A program made the translations under genes and the position numbers. Positions 10,055 through 19,475 of a stretch of DNA of 64,000 bases are shown here, piece after piece. The notes beneath the pieces were generated by a model. The model was not told the DNA's origin. It ran no database searches and saw only the letters and a program-made list of their open reading frames with translations. How positions within the stretch are numbered: position 1 is the first letter of the stretch; each line of letters begins with the position of its first letter. Source of the stretch: an uncultured Candidatus Rokubacteria bacterium (GTDB lineage Bacteria; Methylomirabilota; Methylomirabilia; Rokubacteriales; CSP1-6); assembly GCA_963754315.1 (NCBI GenBank), contig CAVWFS010000001.1:32001-96000 (forward strand). The letters run 5' to 3'.

Positions 10055-10538
10055 CGTGAGGGCCCGAGGTGGCTCCGCGCCCCAGGCCACGAAGGTACTG
10101 GACCAGCTCGCGAATTTCGGCATGGCTGAGCGCCGCCCCAAATGCTGGCATGCCCGGCCGACCGATCGGGGCGCCTCCGTGGGCGATCAGGTCGAATAGA
10201 TACTGATCGGACATGGCTTGCATGCGCGTGACGTCGGCAAGATTGCCGGGTCGAACGAGGAAGAGCCAGGCACGCCAGGACCCACGTCCGTCGGCACCGT
10301 GACACGTCGCGCAGAGGCCGTAGTAGAGGCGTTCCGCCCTCGGCGCGCTGCGGGGCGGGCGGGGACTATCCAGCAGCCAGGCCACGCCGCCGGTGAACAG
10401 CCCAATCAGGGCGATCGCGACGGTGAGCGCGAGAAGAGGGCGTCGGATTAGTGGAATGGGGGGCCCCGATATGGCCCCCCAACCCTCCCACTCGTTCGGG
10501 GTGCCCCGGGTCCCCGGGAGCACCCCTCGATCACACAA
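10035..10538 (-). CDS. Membrane-anchored mono-haem c-type cytochrome
   Basis: CATCH haem motif, distal Met in GMPAFG, N-terminal TM helix; 5' end runs through a repeat element. Confidence 0.85.
   Translation of the reverse strand: MCDRGVLPGTRGTPNEWEGWGAISGPPIPLIRRPLLALTVAIALIGLFTGGVAWLLDSPRPPRSAPRAERLYYGLCATCHGADGRGSWRAWLFLVRPGNLADVTRMQAMSDQYLFDLIAHGGAPIGRPGMPAFGAALSHAEIRELVQYLRGLGRGATSGPHATSPAS
10458..10530. repeat. Diverged inverted copy of the GC-rich palindromic repeat unit found at 19257-19473
   Basis: GGGGGCCCCGATATGGCCCCCC...CGTTCGGGGTGCCCCGG...CCGGGAGCACCCCTCG aligns by eye with the reverse complement of the 85-bp unit. Confidence 0.7.
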
Positions 10539-10574
10539 GAGGTCTGAAGGGCCTGTTTTACTCCGCTCAGGACA

Positions 10575-11666
<1,092 letters not shown>

Positions 11667-11732
11667 CGGTCTCTCCTCAAGTGCGTGAAATCGTTTGGAA
11701 GGTGGTTCCTGCTGCCGCGATCATACCACCGG

Positions 11733-12581
11733 TTACCCCTTCACGGACCCCGTGAGTCCAGCCACGTAGTACTCCACGAAGAACGAATAGACGAGGGCAA
11801 CGGGGACCGATCCCAGGAGGGCGCCCGCCATGAGCTGACCCCAGAAGTAGATGTCCCCCCGGATGAGCTCGGAGACCACCCCGACCGGGACGGTCTTCCG
11901 CTCGGGTGAAGAGAGGAAGACGAGGGCGTAGATGAACTCGTTCCAGGACAATGTGAAGGCGAAGATCCCCGCCGACAAGATCCCCGGCACCGCGATCGGG
12001 AAGATGATGCGGACCATGGCCCCAAAGCGGGTGGCTCCGTCGATGCGCGCACACTCCTCGAGCTCCTTCGGGATTGTCTTGAAGTAGCCCATGAGCAGCC
12101 ACGTACAGAAGGGAATCAGAAAGGTCGGGTAGGTCAGGATCAGCGCCCACGGGGTGTTCCCCAGCCTGAAGTTACGGATGATGTCGGCCAGAGGGATGAA
12201 GAGCAAGGTGGGCGGTACCAAGTACGTCACGAAGATGGACGTGCCCAGGAAGCCCGCCATGGGGAAGTTGAGTCGGGCGAGGGCATAGCCAGCCAGGAGC
12301 CCGCAGGCGAGCGAGATGACCGTGGACACCACCGCAATGAAGAACGTGTTCCACAGCCAGCGGGGGAAGGCCGTCTTGGCCAGGAGGTCCTGGACGTGGG
12401 CCAAGGTCGGCTGCAAGGTCCAGAAGGGAGCGTTGTTGACGGCTCGCCAGGAGCGATACAGCTCCTCATCGGGCCGGATGGCCGTAATGAGCATCCAGTA
12501 GAAGGGAAAGAGGGTCCCGATCAGGAACAACGTGAGCGGGATGTAAAAGTACACCCACTTCTTCCAGCGCCGCTCGATCAT
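11733..12581 (-). CDS. Carbohydrate ABC transporter permease
   Basis: EAA-loop ELEECARIDGA, SWNEF, six TM helices. Confidence 0.93.
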   Translation of the reverse strand: MIERRWKKWVYFYIPLTLFLIGTLFPFYWMLITAIRPDEELYRSWRAVNNAPFWTLQPTLAHVQDLLAKTAFPRWLWNTFFIAVVSTVISLACGLLAGYALARLNFPMAGFLGTSIFVTYLVPPTLLFIPLADIIRNFRLGNTPWALILTYPTFLIPFCTWLLMGYFKTIPKELEECARIDGATRFGAMVRIIFPIAVPGILSAGIFAFTLSWNEFIYALVFLSSPERKTVPVGVVSELIRGDIYFWGQLMAGALLGSVPVALVYSFFVEYYVAGLTGSVKG

Positions 12582-12583
12582 CG

Positions 12584-13552
12584 CTAGGCGCCTTCCAGGC
12601 GTCGGAGATAGCGCAGCTGGATCCAGACGACGGCCAGAAGCACGGGGAACATGAAGAGAGAGACAGCGGCGCCCTCACCGAGCAAACCGGAATTGACCCC
12701 GAGCTGGTAGGCGTAGGTGGCCACCAGGTGCGTGGAGTTGGCAGGGCCGCCGCCGGTGAGGACATAGATGAGCTGAAAATCGGCAAAGGTCTGGATCACC
12801 GAGAAGACCACCACCACGATGGTGACGGGCTTCAGCAGAGGCCAGGTGACGTACCAGAAGCGCTTCCAGCCGTTGGCGCCGTCCAGCGAGGACGCCTCGT
12901 GCAGATCGGGAGAAATGGTCTGAAGCCCGGCCAGCAGGGTGATGGCAAAGAACGGCATGCCGCGCCACGTGTTCACGACGATGGCGCACCACATGGCCCA
13001 GTCGCCGTTCGAGAGGAACGGCAGCTTGGTCACGATGAACCCGGTCTGGTAGAGGGACCAATTGAGGACGGAGAACGTCGGATCAAACATCCAGCGCCAG
13101 GCGAAGGTCGAGAGCACGGTGGGGATGATGAACGGCAGGAGCATCGAGGCGCGGACGATTCGCTTGAAGCGGAAGTGACGGTTGAGGAGCAGGGCCAGCC
13201 ACATGCCCAGGGCGAGCTTGAAGAGGGTGGCCCAGAACGTATAGAAGAACGTGTTGCGGAACGCGACATGGAAGATTGAGTCGTCCCAGGCCTTGAGAAA
13301 GTTCTTGAGACCCACGAAGGTGCCCGGGTTGCCCACACTCGTATTGGTGAGGGCGAGCCAGATCCCCATGAGGAAGGGGTAGGCGATGAACACACCCAGG
13401 AGGAGGATAGTCGGGGCCAGGAGGAGGGACGCGAGCAGGCGCTCGCTCTCGAGGAACTGGGTCCAGGGCGTGGGACGTAACGCGCCGGGGTGGGGGAGGG
13501 CGACCTCGACACCGGCCACGCTCCCCGCACCCCCCGCAATTGGCTTCTTCAC
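12584..13552 (-). CDS. Carbohydrate ABC transporter permease
   Basis: LAGLQTISPDLHEASSLDGA, LTGGGPANST. Confidence 0.93.
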   Translation of the reverse strand: MKKPIAGGAGSVAGVEVALPHPGALRPTPWTQFLESERLLASLLLAPTILLLGVFIAYPFLMGIWLALTNTSVGNPGTFVGLKNFLKAWDDSIFHVAFRNTFFYTFWATLFKLALGMWLALLLNRHFRFKRIVRASMLLPFIIPTVLSTFAWRWMFDPTFSVLNWSLYQTGFIVTKLPFLSNGDWAMWCAIVVNTWRGMPFFAITLLAGLQTISPDLHEASSLDGANGWKRFWYVTWPLLKPVTIVVVVFSVIQTFADFQLIYVLTGGGPANSTHLVATYAYQLGVNSGLLGEGAAVSLFMFPVLLAVVWIQLRYLRRLEGA

Positions 13553-13570
13553 GGCGGAAGACCCTGTCGG

Positions 13571-14905
13571 CTAGGCCTCGTACACCTTCTTCAACTCGAC
13601 CTCCGCCCACTTGACGGCCTCTTCGGCCTTCATCCCCTGCACCGCCTTGGCGAACATGTCCACCACGATGTACTTCGAGAAGGCCTCAGTGGACTTGCCC
13701 GTGGACGGTCCGGCATACCCGAAGATCCGGGTGTTCCGGGCGGCCGTGCGGAAGACCTTGAGTGGCTTGTCGACCCGGTCCCACATCGAACTCTTCTCCC
13801 AGATCGTCGTCGCGGCCACGCTGTAGCCGTCGCATACCTGGAACCACTTGTCGAAGTTGTCCGGCTTGTGGAGCCAGCGCAGGAAGTCCTTGGCCAGCTT
13901 CTGGTTCTTCGAGTATTTCATCAGCCCGTGGCCATTGGAGAAGTAGAGCGGGAACTGCCCGACCGCGCCCGCCAAGGGGTAGAGGGTATGGTCGATGTCG
14001 AGGAACATCGGCTCGCCCCGCTCGTCCTTGATCTTTTCCTTTTGGCGCTTGGCCACGATGTAGATGGAGGCGCCGTTGAGGGTGGCGCAGATCTCCCCCG
14101 CCAGGAAGGCTCGGTTGTTGTTCGTATCGTCCCAGGCCAACGCTCCCTCGTCGCATCCGTCCTTCCAGAGCGCCTGCATGTATTTCACCGCGTCCACCGC
14201 GCCCTTGCCGTTGATGACGACCTTCTTACCGGTGCCGTCCGTCTCGGCCCCTCCGAAGGACCACAGGAGCGGATAGGCAAAGGTCGGCGCGTCGCCGAAG
14301 GTGTGACCGAGGGTTTGACCGTAGGGCTTTCCCTTCTTCTTGAGGGTTGCCGCCGCCTTGCGCAACTCGTCCCACGTCTTGGGGAACCCGTCGATGCCAA
14401 TGTCTTTGAACCAGGATCTCCGGTAGGCGATGGCGTTGCCGACGATGGAGTGCGGCATGCCGAGCCACTGACCCCCGACCTGGAACGACGGTTTGAATAC
14501 ATCGTAGAAACCGCCTTGTTCCTTGGCGACGACGTTGGCCACGTCGCTCACATCGACCAGCGAGTTCTGATAGAGCTGGGGCCAGTTGTACATCATGAAG
14601 AACAGATCGGCCCCCGCCCCCGATTGGATGGCAGCCGTCACGCGGGGCTGGATGTCATTGGCGTTGATGGTCTCGAGCTGGATCTCCGCACCCAGGGCCT
14701 TGCTGGCCTCGGGCATCTGGCGCTTCAGTTCGACGTCGGCTTCCGGAATGAAGTCCACCCAACGAACGATATGCAGCTTGGTGCCCTGGGCGTAGGCTGG
14801 GGCCCGGCGCGAGGCAACGATCCCCTCGATCCCCGTAGCCGCCACCGCCGCGGCGGCACCGGACACCCTGATGAAGCTCCGACGGTTCCACCCCTTCATA
14901 CTCAT
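13571..14905 (-). CDS. Tat-exported ABC solute-binding protein (family 1)
   Basis: NRRSFIR twin-arginine signal; WDDTNNNRAFLAGEI; first gene of the ABC operon. Confidence 0.9.
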   Translation of the reverse strand: MSMKGWNRRSFIRVSGAAAAVAATGIEGIVASRRAPAYAQGTKLHIVRWVDFIPEADVELKRQMPEASKALGAEIQLETINANDIQPRVTAAIQSGAGADLFFMMYNWPQLYQNSLVDVSDVANVVAKEQGGFYDVFKPSFQVGGQWLGMPHSIVGNAIAYRRSWFKDIGIDGFPKTWDELRKAAATLKKKGKPYGQTLGHTFGDAPTFAYPLLWSFGGAETDGTGKKVVINGKGAVDAVKYMQALWKDGCDEGALAWDDTNNNRAFLAGEICATLNGASIYIVAKRQKEKIKDERGEPMFLDIDHTLYPLAGAVGQFPLYFSNGHGLMKYSKNQKLAKDFLRWLHKPDNFDKWFQVCDGYSVAATTIWEKSSMWDRVDKPLKVFRTAARNTRIFGYAGPSTGKSTEAFSKYIVVDMFAKAVQGMKAEEAVKWAEVELKKVYEA

Positions 14906-15030
14906 CCGTGAGTTCCTCCTCGAACTGACTACCGGGGACCTTCTATGGCACGGTTCCTCCCCGTCGTCATCGACGAGAGGATTTTCGCGCTGCGTCGTGG
15001 GTGAGGCTGGTCATCCGAAAACGTCAGGCA

Positions 15031-15059
15031 CTGATACCATTGAACATCCTGACTGTCAA
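15031..15059 (-). promoter_or_regulatory. Sigma-70-type promoter of the ABC operon
   Basis: Minus strand TTGACA-N17-TATCAG with TG extended -10 element. Confidence 0.5.
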
Positions 15060-15085
15060 CGGGAAGGGACTGTTGCAGGGCCAGT

Positions 15086-16324
15086 TTACGCAGCGACGGA
15101 GGCGGGCGCGACCCGTGCGGTCAGCACCGACGGCCGCCGCAGGCTCAGGGCGAGCAGGATGGCGGCCAGCCCGATTCCTCCCGACCCGACAAAGAGCCAC
15201 AGATAGCTCCCGAAGCGATCGTACAAAGCTCCACCCGCAAAGGAACCCAGTCCCATCCCGAGGGTGGAAATCAGGAACACCGCCCCATAGGCCGATCCCA
15301 TGATCCTCTCGCCGAAGAACTCGCGGGTGACGATGGCGTAGAGCGGCATGACGCCGCCGTAGGCCACGCCGAATGCGACCGCGAGCCCGTAGAAGCTCGC
15401 CGTGTCACGCGCAAAGAGGTAGCTGAACACCAGCGCGGCCTGTAGCCCGAGACCGACCACGAGCGTTCGCTTGGCTCCGAAACGGTCCGCAAGTATTCCG
15501 CATCCGATGCGACCGACTACCGACGCGAAGCCCGAGACGCCCAGGACCGTGGCCGCCACCATCGCCGTGAGGCCCTGGTCGATGGCGTGGGTGACCATGT
15601 GGAAGATCGGACCGGAATGCGCTGCGCAGCAGGCGAAGTGGGTGAGCCCGATGGCCCAGAACTGGGGCGAGCGAAGCACGTCGGCGGTCGTGTAATCCCG
15701 ATCGGGGGCAGACTCAGTAGCGCCACCCAGCGCCAGGGTGCCGATGTCGGCAGGCGCGTTACGGATGAAGAGGGCGAGTGGGATGATGACGAGCCAGCAC
15801 AGATCGCCCAGAATCAGCATGGCCATGCGCCAGTCGAACTGGGTGGTCAGCCAGCGTGCGAGGGGGGCGACGATGAGGATCCCGAGGCCGATGCCGGCCG
15901 ACACGATGGACACCGCGAGCCCGCGGTTCGCCGTGAACCATTTCGTCGCGGTGGCGGTCAGCGGCGCGTAGAAGGCACCCACGGCGAAGCCGACGACAAA
16001 CCCGAAACTGGCCTGCAGCTGCCAGAGCGTGGTGACCTGGCTCGACAGAACGAGGCCAAGTCCAAGGAGGACGCCGCCGGCGCCGGCCACCGGACGGGTT
16101 CCCAGGCGATCGGAAAGGATTCCCCAGACGAAGGACCCCATCCCCATGGCGAGCCAATTCAGGAGGGCCACCGTCGAGATCGCGCTCCGGCTCCAGCCCG
16201 TGGATTGCTCGATCGGTTTGAGGAAGACGCCCAGCGAAAAGAGGACCCCCATGCCGAGGCAGATGATGACCGCGCTCACGGCGAGGACAACCCAGCCGTA
16301 GAAGATACGGCCCTGCTTGAGCAT
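15086..16324 (-). CDS. MFS transporter
   Basis: Starts MLKQGRIFYGWVV; GILSDRLG and GILADRFG motif A repeats; about 12 TM helices. Confidence 0.9.
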   Translation of the reverse strand: MLKQGRIFYGWVVLAVSAVIICLGMGVLFSLGVFLKPIEQSTGWSRSAISTVALLNWLAMGMGSFVWGILSDRLGTRPVAGAGGVLLGLGLVLSSQVTTLWQLQASFGFVVGFAVGAFYAPLTATATKWFTANRGLAVSIVSAGIGLGILIVAPLARWLTTQFDWRMAMLILGDLCWLVIIPLALFIRNAPADIGTLALGGATESAPDRDYTTADVLRSPQFWAIGLTHFACCAAHSGPIFHMVTHAIDQGLTAMVAATVLGVSGFASVVGRIGCGILADRFGAKRTLVVGLGLQAALVFSYLFARDTASFYGLAVAFGVAYGGVMPLYAIVTREFFGERIMGSAYGAVFLISTLGMGLGSFAGGALYDRFGSYLWLFVGSGGIGLAAILLALSLRRPSVLTARVAPASVAA

Positions 16325-16329
16325 GCGGG

Positions 16330-17082
16330 CTACGATAGCACCGTTCCCGTCGAGGGCGGTCCGGCCAGGATGGCCCGCACAGCTCGTAGATCCTCTTCGG
16401 TGTCGACGCCGATCGTCGGCTCGTGTGTTTCCACCACCACGATGGGAATGCCGTTCTCGAGAAAGCGCAATTGCTCCAGGCGCTCGGCGAGCTCCAGCGA
16501 GGAGGGGGGCAGGGAGTGGAACCGGTCGAGGGCCGCCCCTCGGTACGCGTAGAGCCCGATATGCTTGTAGCGAGGCGGATTGACGCCATCGCGATCGTAG
16601 GGAATCGGATACTTCGAGAAGTACAGGGCGCGACCATCTGTATCGCGGACGACCTTGTTCACGTTGGGGTTCGGCAACTCGTCCACGGTGGCCCGAATGC
16701 AGAGCGTCGTCACCTGCGTGTCGACGCGATGCCGGAAGGGTGCCACCAGGCGCTCGATGTGCCCGGTGGTGATCAAGGGCTCGTCTCCCTGGATGTTGAC
16801 ATACACGTCGGCGGGCCGATGCTGGGCGACTTCCCAGACGCGATCGGTTCCTGACGGATGCTCCGCACTCGTCAGCATGGCGGGAATGCCCAGCCGTGCG
16901 CACGCGCTCAGCACTTCCTCGGAGTCGGTGGCCACCAGAAGCTCGCTCAGGTCTCGGGCTTGGCGGGCGCGCTCCCAAACGTGCCAGAGCATCGGCTGCC
17001 CGGCGATTTCGCGCAGGACCTTGCGGGGCAATCGCGAGGAGGCCAACCGAGCTGGAATGACACCGAGCACGCGGACCATCAC
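16330..17082 (-). CDS. kdsB: 3-deoxy-manno-octulosonate cytidylyltransferase (CMP-KDO synthetase)
   Basis: IPARLASSRLPRK, SGTDR, NIQGDEP, HIGLYAY, ERLEQLRFL, GVDTEEDL. Confidence 0.92.
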   Translation of the reverse strand: MMVRVLGVIPARLASSRLPRKVLREIAGQPMLWHVWERARQARDLSELLVATDSEEVLSACARLGIPAMLTSAEHPSGTDRVWEVAQHRPADVYVNIQGDEPLITTGHIERLVAPFRHRVDTQVTTLCIRATVDELPNPNVNKVVRDTDGRALYFSKYPIPYDRDGVNPPRYKHIGLYAYRGAALDRFHSLPPSSLELAERLEQLRFLENGIPIVVVETHEPTIGVDTEEDLRAVRAILAGPPSTGTVLS

Positions 17083-18077
17083 GCAGACGGCGAGAAGGCA
17101 CGGAGCGTGCGCAAGAGCGAGGGGAGGGGGGCGGGATCAGGCGTGAAGGGAACGACCACGGGCATCGTCAGTCCGGCGCTCGCGTACTGCGCAACGCGTG
17201 CCCGGCAGAACGTCTCGTCTCCCACCACACCAAGACCGTCCAGGACGCGCGCCGACAGGTGCTTCACGGCCCCCGCGCGATCCCCCGCGCGCCAGGCGGC
17301 GTTCAGCGCGTCGATCTCGGACGTGAAGCCGCACCGACGAAAGTAGGCGCCGTAGGCATCCACGATAGCGTAGCCCGTGATGTCGCGGGCCAGGTGGGCG
17401 CGTGCCGTCTCCGGCGTATCGGTGACACAGGTCCGGATGTAGCCGGCGATCTCGAAGCCCTCCAAGGTGCGGTGTGCGCGCTCAGCGCCCTTCCCCAGAT
17501 GCTCAATGGCGACGGGAACGCTCTCCGGTGCCATCCAGTTCAGAAGCACGCCGTCGGCGATCTCGCCAGCCAGCTCGAGGGCCCGGGGACCGAGCGCGGC
17601 CAGGTAGATCCGCACCGGTGCGGGCGGGGAGGGCACGAGAAGTCGGAAGTTGCGCACGCGGTAAAACTCACCCTCGAAGCTGACCCGCTCACCGCCCAGC
17701 ACAGCTCGAATGAGGCTGACCGCTTCGCGCAGCTGGGCCAACGTCCGTCGGAACGGGAGCCCGTGCCATTGACCGACGATGGTCTCGCTCGACACGCCGA
17801 GCCCGAGCGCAATCCGCCCCGGGGCTAGGTGGGCCAAGGTCGCTGCCGTCTGGCCGAGGAGAACGGGGGTGCGAGTTTGAAACGGCAACACGCCGGAGGC
17901 GATGCCGAGGCGCGAGGTAACGGAGGCCACGAGGGCCATGGCGGTAACAGCGTCGGCGCCGCCCGCCTCACCGATCCACACCGTGTGGTAACCGCGGTCC
18001 TCCACCTCACGCGCAAGGGCGAGGTAGTCGGCGAGCGGTGCGTGATGCAAGAACGGAAAGGTCAGTCCGAGGCGCAT
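17079..18077 (-). CDS. LLM-class flavin(F420/FMN)-dependent oxidoreductase
   Basis: TVWIGE, GRIALGLGVS, IYLAALGPRALELAGEIADGVLLN. Confidence 0.88.
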   Translation of the reverse strand: MRLGLTFPFLHHAPLADYLALAREVEDRGYHTVWIGEAGGADAVTAMALVASVTSRLGIASGVLPFQTRTPVLLGQTAATLAHLAPGRIALGLGVSSETIVGQWHGLPFRRTLAQLREAVSLIRAVLGGERVSFEGEFYRVRNFRLLVPSPPAPVRIYLAALGPRALELAGEIADGVLLNWMAPESVPVAIEHLGKGAERAHRTLEGFEIAGYIRTCVTDTPETARAHLARDITGYAIVDAYGAYFRRCGFTSEIDALNAAWRAGDRAGAVKHLSARVLDGLGVVGDETFCRARVAQYASAGLTMPVVVPFTPDPAPLPSLLRTLRAFSPSA

Positions 18078-18179
18078 CGTGGCGAGTATAGCCTCCTCGC
18101 GGGCGAGCGGTGGGGATGAGGTCCCCGCCATGCCACCGTGCTACCTTCGGGCTGTCTGCATGTCAAAGAGGAGGCCGTC

Positions 18180-19247
18180 ATGAGTCTTCCCGTCACAATG
18201 AAGGCGACTGTTCTGGTCGGGCCACACAGGTTCGAGCTCCTGGAACGACCCCTGCCGACGGTGGGCGCCGAGGATGTCCTCGTCCGAGTCCGTGCCTGCG
18301 GGATCTGAGGGACCGACCTGAAGATCGTTCACGAGGGCCTGCCGAAGATGCCGCCGTACGGTGAGTTCATCTTCGGCCACGAGTACGCCGGCGACGTGGT
18401 CGCCGTTGGCGACACGGTGGACGAGCTTCGGGTAGGCGACCGGGTGGTCGTCGAGGCACACATGGGCTGCCGTCGCTGCGAGAACTGCATTCGCGGGCTG
18501 TACACGGCGTGCCTGAACTACGGTAACGGCAAGCGTGGGCACCGCGCCAACGGCTTCACCACCAATGGTGGCTTAGCCGAGTATGCGCTGAACCATATCA
18601 ACACGGTGTACCGGATTCCCGACCGCGTGAGCTACGAGGAGGCTACCGTGGTGATGACGGCGGGAAGCCCCCTCTTCGGTCTCGAGAACGCGGGTGGGTT
18701 CTTCGCTGGCGAAACCGTGGCCGTTCTCGGCCCCGGTCCGATCGGGCTCATGACCATCCAGCTCGCCAAAGCGCTTGGAGCGACGAGGGCGATCCTCACC
18801 GGCACCCGAGAGTCGCGACTGGCCATGGGTCGTCAGCTAGGGGCCGATCTCACCGTGAACAGTCGCGAGGCCGATCCCGTCGGCGCGGTCATGGATTTTA
18901 CCGGCGGCAAGGGAGCCGATCTGGTGGTGGACTGCGCAGGGGCGGACGACACCTTCGATCAGGCCATCAAGATGACGAAGCCTGGGGGTAAGGTGCTCTT
19001 GGTGGCGTTCTATCATGGCCCGGTGACGGCAGATCTGAGCCACGCCGTGCGCCGAAACATCACGATTTACACCGAGCGCGGCGAGGGCGGTACCAGCGTG
19101 GGGCGCTGTCTGGCGCTGCTGGCGGCGGGCCGTATCACGGCCAAGCCGCTGATCACCCACCAGTTCCCGCTGAGCCGCGTCCACGAAGCCTTCAGCGTGC
19201 TCGAAGAACGGGCAGGCGATCCGATAAAAGTGGTTCTGAATCCATGA
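18180..19247 (+). CDS. Zinc-dependent medium-chain alcohol dehydrogenase with in-frame TGA (codon 43) at the catalytic Cys; candidate selenoprotein
   Basis: SD GAGGAGG; ATG 18180 reads MSLPVTMKATVLVGP...VRACGI(TGA 18306-18308)GTDLKI, in frame with GHEYAG, CxxCxxC..C and GPGPIG. Confidence 0.8.
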
Positions 19248-19256
19248 ATCCCTAGA

Positions 19257-19473
19257 GCGTCCCCCGAGCGCTGGGGGGTCAAGGGGGGCCCGTCGAGGCC
19301 CCAAAACTCGCGGAGGACCGAGGGGCGCCCGGCTTGGCCGGGGCGTCCCGAGCGCGGGGGGAGGGGGGCCCTGTCGAGGCCCCCAAAAGCTCGCGGAGGA
19401 CCGAGGGGCGCGCACGGCTTGGCCGGGGCGTCCCGAGCGCGGGGGGTCAAGGGGGGCCCTGTCGAGGCCCCCC
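19257..19473. repeat. About 2.5 tandem copies of an 85-86 bp GC-rich palindromic unit (REP/BIME-like)
   Basis: Units begin at 19257, 19343 and 19428 (GCGTCCC...), each with core GGGGGGCC-(C)(T)GTCGA-GGCCCC; fills the gap between convergent genes. Confidence 0.9.
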
Positions 19474-19475
19474 TT

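Noticed and set aside
14946..14960. TGGCAC as a sigma-54 promoter
   Set aside because: No -12 GC at the right spacing, and it points away from the adjacent operon.
16325..17101. 671-aa ORF suggesting an MFS fusion
   Set aside because: The extension is an alternative frame of kdsB; the MFS starts at 16324.
19257..19473. Possible CRISPR array
   Set aside because: The sequences between palindromes are near-identical rather than unique spacers, and there are no cas genes.
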